Origin: the human T2T-CHM13v2.0 reference genome, Homo sapiens
Assembly: GCF_009914755.1 (NCBI RefSeq)
Contig: NC_060927.1
DNA length: 64,000 nt
Strand: one strand, 5' to 3'
The translations under genes and the position numbers were made by a program. Shown piece by piece: positions 13,509-28,189 of this stretch. The notes below the pieces were generated by a model, which made no database searches, had not been told where the DNA came from, and saw only the letters and a program-made list of their open reading frames with translations. Within the stretch, counting starts at the first letter, position 1, and every line of letters starts with the position of its first letter.

Positions 13509-16036
13509 GTGTGTAGACTATGTATTCTTTCTCGCTCTCTTGTGAGAGTAAGGAACTGTTGGGACTTATAGAAAGAAGCTCTTTTCTGATGTTAAATATA
13601 ATGTCAGCAAGATAGAATCAAAAGAACATTCTAAAGAAGATTGAGCAATGATGGGTTGTCTGGGGGAAATGAGAGACCTTGAAAGGAAAGGGCCTACTGA
13701 TGACTTTTCTCTGTAGGTATGCATGTTTATCAAAAATAATGGTTAGAAATATGGGTTAAATTCCTGGTGCTGCAACCCTTAAGACAGTTTACCAAGGAAG
13801 GCGTCAGACTCCCCTTTCCTAGACTTTCAGAGAAGCAGAGGTTGGCATTCATCTTTCAGTGACTTTGGTGCCTAGAGACTGACTTAGGCAACTTCAGCAG
13901 CCTTTCTCTTTTGGCGCACAGCTCTTGGTGTGGAGCACTGCCTTTGGAAAGCTGTAGCAGCGTTCTGCTCTAATCTCCTGGGGTACTTATCTTGAAGTTT
14001 CTTCAAGGATGACTACTTTCCTACTCTGGCCCCTTAATGGGATCAGGTACTGCAGAAGTTGTGAGAGCCCCATGTATCCAGATCTTCCCCATATCTCTCG
14101 AGGCTAGTGAACAAAAGACACTCTGCCTGGACCCTTCTTCCACCGGGTCTGCTGAGCCCTCAGCCTGTTATATAGCCACAGAGCTATGCCTGACTGCGGC
14201 TGACTTGCAAGGCAGGAAATAGCAATAGAAACCATAGCATGCTCAGCCTGTCCACCCAGCCACTCATGGACTCCTGAGGCCCTGCCTCATCTCCTGCAAA
14301 TACTGTGGTTCTTGTGGAGGTCCCTGCAGCTTGTCTTTTAGGGGACAGACAGCACAAGTGGCTTATCGAGCTATTGCTCAAAATAACCCTAAGGCTGACA
14401 GATAGCAGGGTAAGTACAACCTGCACAAGAGATCCTTGCATATGTGTTTGACTCTCTACTCCCACATGAAGGAGGTGTGTCAGCTACAACCAGGGCACAA
14501 AGTCAATTATAGGAACTTTCCAGGACCTGGGTCAGGATTTGGCTTGGATTCTACGAACCTCATAGCTCCTTTCAGGATTAGTTTAGGGTAAATACCTTCC
14601 TCCTGCTTCCCTGCCCTGCAGACTCTTTGGCAGACCCTTCTTTATGTGACTAAGACATGAGTATGAATGTGCATACACATGCACGGCCTTGTCAGGTCAC
14701 TTTGGCAGTAAATGCCCTGGCCCTTTGGTGCAGCTTTGCCTTTCAGTTATAACACAAAAGATGTCTGAGCACACTGTGGCTGCTTTGGTTTATTAGTACC
14801 AAGGAAGGGTGGCCACATTGATCAGTTATCCCACTTCAGGGGTCTTTCTAGAAAGTATGAAGGAGTACTATCTTTGCCTCTCAAAGTGATTCTTGGTGGG
14901 GATTCATTTTACAAAAAATACAATGGCACATTGATAGTGCTTGCATCTCCCAGCCTTTCTACTTCAGAAGGTCAGTTTTCCCACTCTGATGCATGATCAG
15001 GTAGTCTTCCTCTCACTCTTAGACTCAGGAAATTATTGTCATAGCTGGAGGACAGTTTAATCTGATAGGCTTCCTTATTTAGTTTTTTCATAAAATGCTT
15101 GGAATTTTGGCCTAGTATTTCCAGCGTAGGCTCCTTTTCTTCTTCTTTTTTTTTTTAAGGAAAGCATTATTTTTCTGAAACAATAACACACAGAATTGCA
15201 AGCAGAAACAACTGTCTCTAAAGAATTAGTTGCATGTAATTAGGGATTAAAGTATAAGGGGGTTCAGACAGGAGATATACATTCTAGTTACAAAATAGGA
15301 AAATGTCATATTGAATCAAGCTGTAGAGATAGAAGTTATGAAAATATTTTTTAAATCTAGAATATTTTAAGTGCCTTACTGCAGACTAATATAATTTAGC
15401 TTTAAATGAGAATGAGGAGTTCAGGAGGTGAAAAATAAAATATATATAAATATAATTTAATTTTTAAAGGCTTTCAATGCTGCCCATTCCCCAGGACTGT
15501 TCTCACATGTCACCTGCTCCTCAAACTTTCCTTAGACCCTCACCCAGGTATGCTCTTTTCCTCCTCTGGAAATTCCCAACGTTTTGTTTGTACCTCTCAT
15601 TTTTATTCCCTGATGTTTCTTTTTGTATGCGTCTCATACCTTGCTCTCCCCTTCCTTCAACTAACTCTTAAGTTTCTTGAAAACAGGGTTTACCTTGCCT
15701 GTTTTTGCATCTTCCAGAATACCTAGGACAGGGCCTAAGCCATAGAGGATACTCAATTGCCATAGGAGAAAAAAAGATGTGATCCACATCAAGCTGTTAT
15801 TAATGGGATAATGGGCAAAGGATTTTTCATCAATGGCTTTTTAGTCATGGAGTAACTTCTCTGTGCCTAAAGGGCACCCTGCTGGTTTTATGAGAGGCTG
15901 GGCAAATCAGCTCCTCTCTCAGGGCAAACACAGGCACAATCTTGCTCTCTCTGGGTTCTCACTAATAGTGCTAAAGTGTTGACTATTAACATGATACTTT
16001 GAATTTTGAGCTTGGATGTGTGGATTTGTATTTCAG

Positions 16037-16164
16037 CACCTCGAGTAACACAGTTAGAAGGAAATTCATGTGAAATTTTATGGGAGACGGTACCATCAAT
16101 GAAAGGTGACCCTGTTAACTACATTCTGCAGGTATTGGTTGGAAGAGAATCTGAGTACAAACAG
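16037..16164 (+). CDS. FNDC3B: FNDC3B penultimate coding exon
   Basis: tttcag| acceptor and CAG|GTAAGA donor. The 128 nt read (A)PRVTQLEGNSCEILWETVPSMKGDPVNYILQVLVGRESEYKQ, embedded in ORF 16006..16239. Phase 1 start matches the upstream exon, and phase 0 end matches the last exon. Confidence 0.95.
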
Positions 16165-16541
16165 GTAAGAACCAGTGTGCATGGCACATGTGCAACTGAG
16201 TATGGCTGGCTCCATGCCTCTGCTTATTGCTATGAATGACTCAGTGAACTATGTTTTTCTTAAAATCAGTGATAGAAACTGCCTAACTTGTACTTATTGT
16301 ATAATTCTTCAGAGTGGGTGAAACCTAGTTTACATTTCATTTTATATATGGTGGTATTCATCTTCAATTTTCAGTTCTCAAGCATATGTTTGTCTTAAAG
16401 AGTTGTAAATCGTTTATTTGTATTTGACATTGATGGTGAGGTTTGCAAGCATCAAAGTCAGTATGTAATTGAAAACTAAAGTGCCTGTGATTTTACTATA
16501 GAGGGAAGTAGTCTCTTTTTTTGTTGTTGTTAGTATTGATC

Positions 16542-18476
16542 TTTTTTTTTTTTCATTATACTTTAAGTTCTGGGATACATGTGTAGAATATGCAGGTTTG
16601 TTACATAGGTATACATGTGCCATGGTAGTTTGCTGCGCCCATCAACCTGTCATCTACATTAGGTATTTCTCCTAATGCTATCCCTCCCCTTGCCCCCCAC
16701 CCCCTGACAGGCCCCAGTGTGTGATGTTCCCCTCCCTGTGCCCATATGTTCTCATTGTTCAACTCCCACTTATGAGTGAGAACCTGCGGTGTTTGGTTTT
16801 CTGTTCCTGTGTCAGTTTGCCAAGAATGATGGTTTCCACTTCATCCATGTCCCTACAAAGGACATGAACTCGTTCTTTTTTTATGGCTGCATAGTATTCC
16901 ATGGTGTATATGTGCCACATTTTCTTTATCCAGTCTAACATTGATGGGCATTTGGGTTGGTTCCAAGTCTTTGCTATTGTGAATAGTGCTGCAATAAACA
17001 TACATGTGCATGTGTCTTTATAGTAGAAGGATTTATAATCCTTTGGGTATATACCCAGTAATGGGATTGCTGGGTCAAATGGTATTTCTGGTTCTAGATC
17101 CTTGAGGAATTGCCACACTGTCTTCCACAATGGTTGAACTAATTTACACTCCCACCAACGGTGTAAAAGTGTTCCTATTTCCCCACATCCTCTCCAGCAT
17201 CTGTTGTTTCCTGACTTTTTAAATGATTGCCATTCTAACTGGCGTGAAATGGTATCTCATAGTAGTTTTGATTTGCATTTCTCTAATGACAAGTGATGAC
17301 GAGCTTTTTTTCATATGTTTATTGGCCACATAAATATCTTCTTTTGAGAAGTGTCTGTTCATATCCTTCACCCACTTTTTGATGGGGTGGTTTTTTTCTT
17401 GTAAATTTGTGTAAGGTCCTTGTAGGTGCTAGATATTAGGCCTTTGTCAGATGGATAGATTGCAAAATTTTTCTCCCATTCTGAAGGTTGCCTGTTCACT
17501 CTGATGATAGTTTCTTTGCTGTGCAGAAGCTCTTTAGTTTAATTAGATCCCATTTGTCAATTTTGGCTTTTGTTGCCATTGCTTTTGGTGTTTTAGTCAT
17601 GAAGTCTTTACCCATGCCTATGTTCCGAATGGTATTGCCTAGGTTTTCTTCTACGGTTTTTATGATTTTAGGTCTTACATTTAAATCTTTAATCCATCTT
17701 GAGTTAATTTTTGTATAAGGGGTAAGGAAGGGGTCCACTTTCAGTTTTCTGTATATAGCTAGCCAGTTTTTCCAACACCATTTGTTAAATAGGGAATCCT
17801 TTCCCCATTTCTTGTTTTTGTCAGGTTTGTCAAAGATCAGATGGTTGTAGATGTGTGGTGGTATTTCTGAGCCCTCTGTTATGTTCCATTGGTCTATATA
17901 TCTGTTTTGGTACCAGTACTATGCTGTTTTGGTTACTGTAGCCTTGTAATATAGTTTGAAGTCAGGTAGCATGATGCCTCCAGCTTTGTTCTTTTTGCTT
18001 AGGATTGTCTTGGCTATACACACTCTTTTTTGGTTCCATATGAAACTTAAAGTAGGTTTTTTCTGATTCTGTGAAGAAAGTCAGTGGTAACTTGATGGGA
18101 ATAGCATTGAATCTATAAATTACTTTGGGCAGTATGGCCATTTTCACGATATTGATTCTTCCTATCCACGAGCATGGAATGTTTTTCCATTTGTTTGTGT
18201 CCTCTCTTATTTTCTTGAGCAGTGGTTTGTAGTTCTCCCTGAAGAGGTCCTTCACATCCCTTGTAAGTTGTATTCCTAGGTATTTTATTCTCTTTGTAGC
18301 AATTGTGAATGGGAGTTTGCTCATGATTTGGCTGTTTGTCTATTATTGGTGTATAGGAATGCTTGTGATTTTTGCACATTGATTTGGTATCCTGAGATTT
18401 TGCTGAAGTTGCTTATCAACTTAAGGAGTTTTTGGACTGAGATGATGGGGTTTTCTAAACGTACAATCATGTCATC
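16542..18476 (-). mobile_element. 5'-truncated primate L1 (L1PA, roughly PA6-PA8), antisense in FNDC3B intron
   Basis: ORF-track peptides are L1 ORF2 C-terminal pieces (…[18 protein letters not shown]…, [55 protein letters not shown]). L1 3'UTR and poly(A) lie at 16542-16760. Likely TSD gagg(a)gaagtagtct at 16501-14 and 18477-91. Confidence 0.95.
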
Positions 18477-18619
18477 GAGGAGAAGTAGTCTTAACCTAAC
18501 TACTGAAGCCTACATTCTGTCTACCTTTTTTGTAGAACTAATGGAAGGTTAAGGGAGATGATGCATAGGCCCTGGAGGCCTGTGATTCAGAAGCTCTAAG
18601 TCATGCATGTCACCTTTTA

Positions 18620-18750
18620 ATGTCAAAGGAATCACCCGGGAATCTGTTAAAATGCAGATTCTGACCTGGTAGGTCTTGGGTGGAGATTCACCCTCCCAGG
18701 TGACACTGACATTGCTGGTCCATGGACCATAATTTGAGTAGCAAGGCTCT
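18620..18750. mobile_element. MER5A-like hAT-Charlie fragment
   Basis: gaatcacccgggaatctgttaaaatgcagattct...ggtccatggaccataatttgagtagcaagg. Confidence 0.7.
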
Positions 18751-20511
18751 GTAAATCACATAATAAACCCACATAAGAGAGAATGCATTTGGAATATAGC
18801 CAGATAAGAAATTAGTTTTATCATGTTTCATAGCCCTTGTTGATTCTTAATTCTTCCAAAGAAGAATCAGATCAATGACTCTGAAGGATTTAGATACTCT
18901 ATAGGCTTTCATAATAGTCCCTAGAACTTGTTTTTGTCAAATCAGGATATAATATTATGTATTCCATTAGGAAAGCTGAGGTGCATTCTTCATCAGCACT
19001 TTTAATAGGAGCGTTCATTTATATCAAACATAAAGATGAAAATAAATGCCACCTGTTCTCTGAAACACTAGCATAATTTATAAAAAAAAACTTTGTTCAG
19101 TTCCAAATACACAAGTAGAAAATCATTTGATTCAGAGTTTCTGTTAAATTTCTCATTGGTGTTTGCTATATGATAATAAAGAATATTGGCAAATAAAATG
19201 TTTTTAAAAAAAGGTAATTTTGGACATTTTGCTGTACTTTGTTAATATGATGTATCAGATAAAAGATTTAATTGTTTTAAACAAAAAACTTTATCCTAAA
19301 TATGACATCTACCAGTGTCGATTAACATCAGCGGATGATGTCACCAAAGTTTCCATCATTCCTCTTAAATAAGAACAAAGACACTATGGTTCCTTTTATT
19401 TTTGAATCTCATTTTATACGATATATTCCATTTCAGAGTAAATAACTTACATGCATAATTGTTTCATTTTACCAGAAAGATATGATTGGTTTCGGGTCTT
19501 AGCTCAAATAGAGAGCAGAGAATTTATTCTGTTCCATAGCAATGTGAAAATGGTTAAAATATGAGGTGTTAAGAAATTTTACAACATATCATTTGACGCT
19601 TAATAATAATTCATTTCCCAGCAGTACATTGATCACACATTTGTTATTGTATTGTAAAAATCTTTTATTTTACGTGCCGTGCTTTTCCACCTGTTCTTGG
19701 AAAAATGTTCTGCTTCCCAAAGCACAGTGACTGCTGTTTCCTGTTGAAAAAAGCAGCATTATTTGCTTGATACCTATACACATCAGGCATTGCCAAACTA
19801 TAGGTGAATCTATTCAGTAATTTAGATTTTATTGGCAGATGATCTCTTTTGAATGTTGTCTGTTTAATGTTATATATTTAGACCCATGGCCATATAAATG
19901 CTAATATACTAATGCATAATCATATGTATGCCACAGACTATTTTTCTTATTATAAACAGTTATAAACAAAGTGTTCCTTGTTGTAAACAGGTGAAAACAC
20001 ACAGTACTGCACGGCAGGCTCAGCAGATGAGGCTTAGCATTCTCCACATGCCCATTTGCTTCCTGCATTTACCAAGAAATGATTAAGGAGAGTAGTCGTA
20101 CATGAAAAGCCACAGTTGAGTCAGGGACAATTTGTACTGGTTTCTTTTTTTTTTTTCTGGCTTCTCGCTATTCAGCAAACATTAACTTAAACATGATGTT
20201 TTAGTACTTCATTGTTCTGGACATGAGCTAGGGAATGAAACATATTTATGTGTGCAGAACAATGGTTAAAATAATTATAGTTCAAGGATAACAGGCAACA
20301 GGCTTTGAATTCATAGAGGCAAAGCAAAAGAAAATGAGAGGTAATTACTGCTGTACATCCACCACAGCGGAGCTACAGGCTCACTGTGTATACCTCAATT
20401 ATAGCACTAATCAGACAGGACCCACTAATACGTGGGCTTGTGTTATTCATTTTTATTTTTCCAGTACTGGCATATAGTTTGACACTCAGTAAATGTTTCC
20501 TGCATGCATGA

Positions 20512-20929
<418 letters not shown>

Positions 20930-21538
20930 CTTCCCCCAAGCTCATTTTTATAGGCGACACATGACAAGTGCCATGGCCTTTTCTGATGTTTTGTTTGAAG
21001 CATCAACTCTAACTTTGCCTTGGTTCTAGGTGATTCGCTTTCTGTTTTTCAGGTGTCACAATGTGGGGCAAGCAGCTGATTTTAATTATTAAACAATCTA
21101 TTAACTTGAAGTATTAAATTATTACTCACAATTTTACTCTTCATTAGATTGCATGCACATTTGGTTTGCCTTTTGCCATTTAATAAATATTCCAAGCACA
21201 GCTTTTTTTCCAGGAAGCTTAAAACTTCTTTTCAAATAGGCTTAACTGTAAAGTATTCTTTAAAAGAATGAAAATTGTGTCTATATGCATGTGACTTCTT
21301 ATTTTGTACAAGATATAGCATAGACAGTTTCATGCATAGTAAGAAGTAAAGCAAAACAATTCATATTCATATTCCTATTCAGGCAGCAATAACTTTTCTA
21401 AGAAGTATTTAATATAAGCATTGAAGACAAGGAAAGGATCAACAAATTGTGAGAAATTATTACCTATTGGCAGTCAAAATTTATGAAAAATTACTGAAAT
21501 TCTTGGTGCTCAGATTTGTTGCGTAAAGAAAACCTCTG

Positions 21539-21852
21539 GGCTGGGCGCGGTGGCTTACGCCTGTAATCCCAGCCCTTTGGGAGGCCGAGATGGGCGGATC
21601 ACGAGGTCAGGAGATCGAGACCATCCTGGCTAACACAGTGAAACCCTGTCTCTACTAAAAATACAAAAAATTAGCCAGGCATGTTGGCAGGCACCTGTAG
21701 TCCGAGCTACTTGGGAGGCTGAGGCAGGAGAATGGCGTGAACCCGGAAGCAGAGCTTGCAGTGAGCCGAGATCGTGCCACTAAACTCCAGCCTAGGGGAC
21801 AGAGCGAGACTCTGTCTCAAAAAAAGAAAAAAAAAAGAAAAAAAAAAAAAAA
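21539..21852 (+). mobile_element. AluY-like
   Basis: gatcacgaggtcaggagatcgagaccatcctggctaacac; long A tail; TSD aaaacctctg. Confidence 0.95.
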
Positions 21853-22024
21853 ACCTCTGAAGTGTCTAGAGGTCTGTAAAGCTACACATTTAATTTCATG
21901 GTATTTCTGTATCAATATATTTTTATCATGTATCATTTTTAGAATATAGTATCAAGGCATGCATTGATTCTACATGGTATCACAAAGAGTACCACAAGGA
22001 AAGATCTTCTCTTGACCAAACTAT

Positions 22025-22515
<491 letters not shown>

Positions 22516-24581
22516 TAATACAGAAATTAAACAATGAGGCTATGACTGTCTCATAGGACAGTTTTTTATTTCTGCATGAATAAAGGGTCAAATTTAGAAC
22601 AAAATAAAAATAGATCAAGATAGACCTCTTTAAAAACCATCGTTTATTTTACTGATTCTTAGGGCTTTTTTAGTTTTATAGGTTTATTTAAGTATCTGAA
22701 GGTCATGACCCCTTATATCAGAAAAATTCCCATACATGTACCCATACCTCTACTTAAAATTCATGTAAAATGAACTGATAGTCACTTTCATGGAGGCCAG
22801 GTAGAGGACTCCTGGTTTATTGAGAAACTGTCGGGTGTTTTACATTGTGAGGGCTTCCTGGCATAGTCAGTACTCTAAGAGTTTATAGGCCCATTGGATG
22901 AAAACCCCCAGGAAGCAGTTCAGTAACGGTACCCTTGCCTCTCATCTTTGGCTCAAGGACAAAGTTATGTGCCCAACATTATGCCCTCAATAGAGGAGGC
23001 CTGCAGGTTAGCACATTTCCCCTTGAGCCTGGTAGGCATAGCAGGGGAGACACGGCGACAAGTCTCCCTCCCATAGTCATGTAATTCTGGAGGAATTAAT
23101 TCACCTAGTTGAGTCTTGGCTTTCTCATTGTAACCCTAACTCAGGTGGTTACTGTGAGCATTAGATCATTCAATCATGAGAAGGAGCTGTACAGATGATA
23201 ACATGGTGCAATTATATCTCCCCTTCAGTTCTTGGGAGGGGTGACATTAGTAAAGAGATGAAGGTAAGCCTCCAGCAGCCGAGTATGCACTGTTCTCGCC
23301 ACCCTTCCCAAAAAGCTCCCTGTTATTTACAGGATTTCAACTATGCAGCATGTTATTTTGAATTAAGGGTTATGGATTCTTGCTTTCAGTTGTCTGGGTA
23401 TTACTTTAAATCCTCTCATTTGGAATAAACATGTCAAGATTACTTTAAAATATATCATTCATCAAATCAAGAACAGAAATAGTCTTTGTAAAAATAATAA
23501 TGTTTCTATACTTATTACAATATTATGATTGGTTACTTCAATAAAAAAAATCTCAAATGGAGCCGTGCCGTTTAAATTGGATTGAGTCAAGAGGAAAAGC
23601 CCATAAGGGTGCCTTTGTCAAAATGAATGAAAACAAAGGGACACAAAGCGTGGCCTGCTGCCCTGATGCGCAGAGCTGCACAGTCCTGGGGGAGGCACAG
23701 CTGTATGGCAGGCCTGGCGACATGGTGATTTTTGTGACATCATTAGTTCCTAAGTACTGTGGGTTGTAAGTGTCCGTGGCCATGTCTGGACACCAAGCCA
23801 GCATCATGGGGCTCCCCTTCCGTTGATTTCTGCAAGTCCTGTATTTGTAGGCCCCAAGGGTCCCTGGCACCAAGCATTTGTCCTGGAGTGTTACACATGA
23901 TTTCTGCAAGGGGGGGCAGGGAAAGTACAGTCAAGTAGCAATATAATATATCATGTTGACATTTCTTAGATGCCTACTGCATGCCAAGCCCCGTCCTAGG
24001 AGGTTGCTACATGTTATCCCACTTAATCAGTAATCCCATAATCACATGAGACTATTATTTTCATGTAGGGGGCGGGGGATGTTTCTCTTCCGCAGAAGGA
24101 TGTTACCTTCAAGGGACAGGTATTACAAAGATGTTGAATTAATTTTCAATTATTTGGGCTTCTTAATCGTATCTGGGCTTTTGGATCTCATATTTTAGTT
24201 TTAAAACCCCATCAGTTTATAGTTAATAACATAAGTTTACAAGTGTAATAACTCAAAAATTTATTTCATTTAGTTGTATAAAATATGATTGGCTTATTCC
24301 ACATGCAACCATTTAGTTAAAAAAATTGAGACATTACATTTCATTTTAAAGCTCATCTTTGTTACTTTCTTTGAACCTGAAAATCCTTAATCTGTTACTC
24401 TAAAAAAATCTTCACTGAGATATGACTGGCCTCACCACACTGGTCTATGTGAATTTGCTGACTTTTAAGGACATTATAGTCAGAGCCAAGGTAGACAAGC
24501 TATGAAGTATGTGTGCTCTCACATTTACATATTTATACAACTAGAAGAGTATTTGCAAAGTTTTAATATTTGGATCACTTT

Positions 24582-24655
24582 AAAAACTATTAGAACGTAT
24601 TAGAAAAACTATTAGAACATATTAGAAAATGATTAAAACATATTAGAAAAACTGT
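24582..24655 (+). repeat. Short degenerate ~21-22 bp tandem repeat (aaaaactattagaacrtattag) x3
   Basis: Directly visible; its last unit forms the left TSD of the adjacent Alu. Confidence 0.8.
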
Positions 24656-24661
24656 TCACGT

Positions 24662-24950
<289 letters not shown>

Positions 24951-26904
24951 AAAAACTATTCACGTGCATAAAATATACTAGAAACTACATGTTTTCTATC
25001 AATAGACTCCATTTTTTGCTGCACCTATACCAAACTGTCTCTTGCCCCTGTGGTCTGTGTGTGCATCTTAATGCTTACTGTTCACATTTACTTGTTAGTT
25101 TCTCTTTATAAACACTGTGGTATCAGAATATCTACTCTTTGAGTATTTGAGGGTTCTAATTAGAGAACATTCGCTGAGCATCTACTTTGTTCAAGCCATT
25201 GTGCTGGTTGCTGTGGAGATATGGAAATAATAGAACACTGTCTCACTCAATATATTTATCTTAAATGTAAAAAAGATAATGTTAACATTGTGTTGGCAAG
25301 GCTTGTGAAAGAGGGAAGCTGTTCCAATTAAAATAACAAGAATAGCTAAAAGAAAAACATTTACAAATTAAAAACTAACTTTTGATTAGACTTTCGTTAA
25401 GAAAGTTCCCTTCAGTTAACTATTTATATTATTTTACAATGCTTTTTGCCTAATGGTACAAGAAAAATAGGATTCCTTTATTTTTAAAATACATTTTCAG
25501 ATATCTTCCAGTCTACAAAGTTAAAGTTGGGAAGTTTTGTTAAAATTAATATATGAAGTCTTTGTTCAAGAGTCTCTAAACTGGGTTTCTGGGAAATTAA
25601 ATATACGTTTGGGCTCACTTTTTTTTTTTTTAAATCTTAACCAGGGTTTGTCTTGAACTCCTAACCTCAAGTGATCCTCCCGCTGAGCCCACTTTTTAAA
25701 AGGGATGTAGCCATGCAAATTCTGGAAACTGTAGAAATAATTAAAATAGATATAAATATATATTTATATTCACTTTCCAGAAGTCTTTACAACATTTGTG
25801 GGGATAGGTTATTAAGTGGTTTTCTACAGTGATGTCATTGTTCGATGGCAGAAATTAAGAGGCCACATCACAAAAACACTGTCCAGGTCTTTGCTTGGCA
25901 GAAACTGAGCAGGGAACTGCTTTCAATAACATCATAAAAGATAGTGTTTTCCTTTATGGAGCAGCAGGAGCCGTGGTGGGATGATTTAGAAGGTCTTTCA
26001 TGGAAATACCAGAGAGTTAGCAGCGAGCTATGGGAAGACATAGTCAGAGGCCGTGAAACCTGGACCCGGTGTCACACTGTAGTCATTAGAAGAGGAGTAA
26101 AGTGGAGGACAATAATGGAACAGGCAGAGCTGGGGCAATTTCAGTGGTGAGGGTCGGTGTTTGATTTGGAAGTGGAGTCTCATCTGGGATCCACCACTCC
26201 CTTTATTTGCTAAGAGACTTTAAGAAATTAACAGCCTCTCTGAGCCTTAGTTTCTTCATATCTAAAATGAAAGTAATGATATTCACCTGACAGCATAATT
26301 AAGAAGATTAAATTCAATAAAGCAGACATACCCTCCAGCATATTCCTTTTGCAGAGCATTTTCCACATCCATTTTCTTGACTGATCCTCAACCTCCTTTG
26401 GAGTAGTGTTACTATTAGGTCCTGGATCTAGCTGCATGTTAAAGATGAGAAAACTAAGGCACAAAGCTGTTACTTGCCTGAGATCACAGACCTAGTAAGT
26501 GGCAGAGCAAGGACTTAGACTGAAATCCTGATTCTAGTTTCTGTGCTTGAGAAAAGTCTGCTTAATGCTTCCGAGTGCCAAGTCACACCAGCCAGGCCCA
26601 GCTCCCAGGATTGCACAGAGAAAAAGAACTCTTAATGACTACATTATTTGACCCTTTGATAAGGGTAAACAAATATTTCAATAGGTGTCACCTGCAAAAG
26701 AATCAGTGAAAGAGGTGTATCAGAAAACCTTGCTTAGATGTCAGCTTTTCTCCAACTTGATAAACATCCCAACATTAACTTATCGCCACCATAGAGTGTC
26801 AGAATAAATAGTATACCTGTGACTTTGAAGATAGGGAAACCAAAGCCCAGATGGCAAATGTGAAAGGACTTGCTTTATCAAACTGGTGGAGTCCCAGAAG
26901 TTGC

Positions 26905-27008
26905 AAATCATCCCCTTCATGAACGGTTTCCAAGAAAAGCATTCTATACTTAGGAAATCATCCTCTTCAAGAACAGTTTCCAAGAAAAGCATTCTATACT
27001 TAAGAAAT
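26905..27008 (+). repeat. 50-bp tandem duplication (2 copies)
   Basis: aaatcatccccttcatgaacggtttccaagaaaagcattctatacttagg / aaatcatcctcttcaagaacagtttccaagaaaagcattctatacttaag. Confidence 0.92.
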
Positions 27009-27868
27009 TAAATCTAAATTAAGAAAATAAAGAACACTCACAACTAAAAGCTATCTTTAAAGAAAAAAAAAATGGCTATTGTTTTCCTGAGACCTCCCAC
27101 ATGTTGGGAAATAACTTACAGTGAGGCAGTTTCCTTGTGGTGTAGTCTGAACTCTTGAATAGCTGGCTGTGTATGGATTGCGGCAGTCACCATAACAATG
27201 GGCTCATCTTAAAACGTTCATTTAGATTCATTATTGGAACTGTGAGCAGTGAGAAAGGAATGGTCTCTCAGGACCGTAAGGGGTTTGCTTACAGCTCTTC
27301 TTAGTTGCTCCAGCCTAGCTATTTGTAACTCAAACAGCTAAGACACATGCCACAATTTTAAGAAACAGGATAACTCACCAGGAGGAATGTGCTTAAAGTC
27401 TTATAAAAAGAATAACAAAAGCAAGATAAATCTGGAAAAGTATAAGTAGTAAACAGAATTGGTTGTCTGGAGTTTAGTCACTAAGCAAAAATATAATAAG
27501 ATGCTTGAAGTAAAGTTTGAAAATGAGGGAGGAATCTCTTTAAAAGGATAACTACCAGGTGAACATTGGAAGCCTGGCCTCCGTTCCAGACCATAAGATC
27601 CTTTTTTTGTCTTTCAACTTGGAGCCAACACTAAATTCATGTCCAGTGCACTTGTATTCACTAATGGAATGTCCTGTTTCTTGGTGGAAGTTTACACACT
27701 GGGCTTTAGAAACATGTAGAGGCATTTGTAGATTCCCGCTAACTGAATAGGTGGCAAGTGTTTTAGGCAAAGGTGAGTTTGTTGGAAATTCACTTCTAGG
27801 GTATTTGTATTAATGGGTAGAATTATTTGGATTGAATTTGCCAATAAAAAGACAAAGTAACTGAATGA

Positions 27869-28189
<321 letters not shown>

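Noticed and set aside
16759-18552. L1 ORF2-like peptides as functional genes
   Set aside because: Fragmented by stops and frameshifts in a 5'-truncated L1.
23540-23930. GC-richer intronic patch with an AP-1 motif (TGAGTCA ~23584) as an enhancer
   Set aside because: Single 7-mer motifs occur by chance many times in 64 kb; unsupported without chromatin or conservation data.
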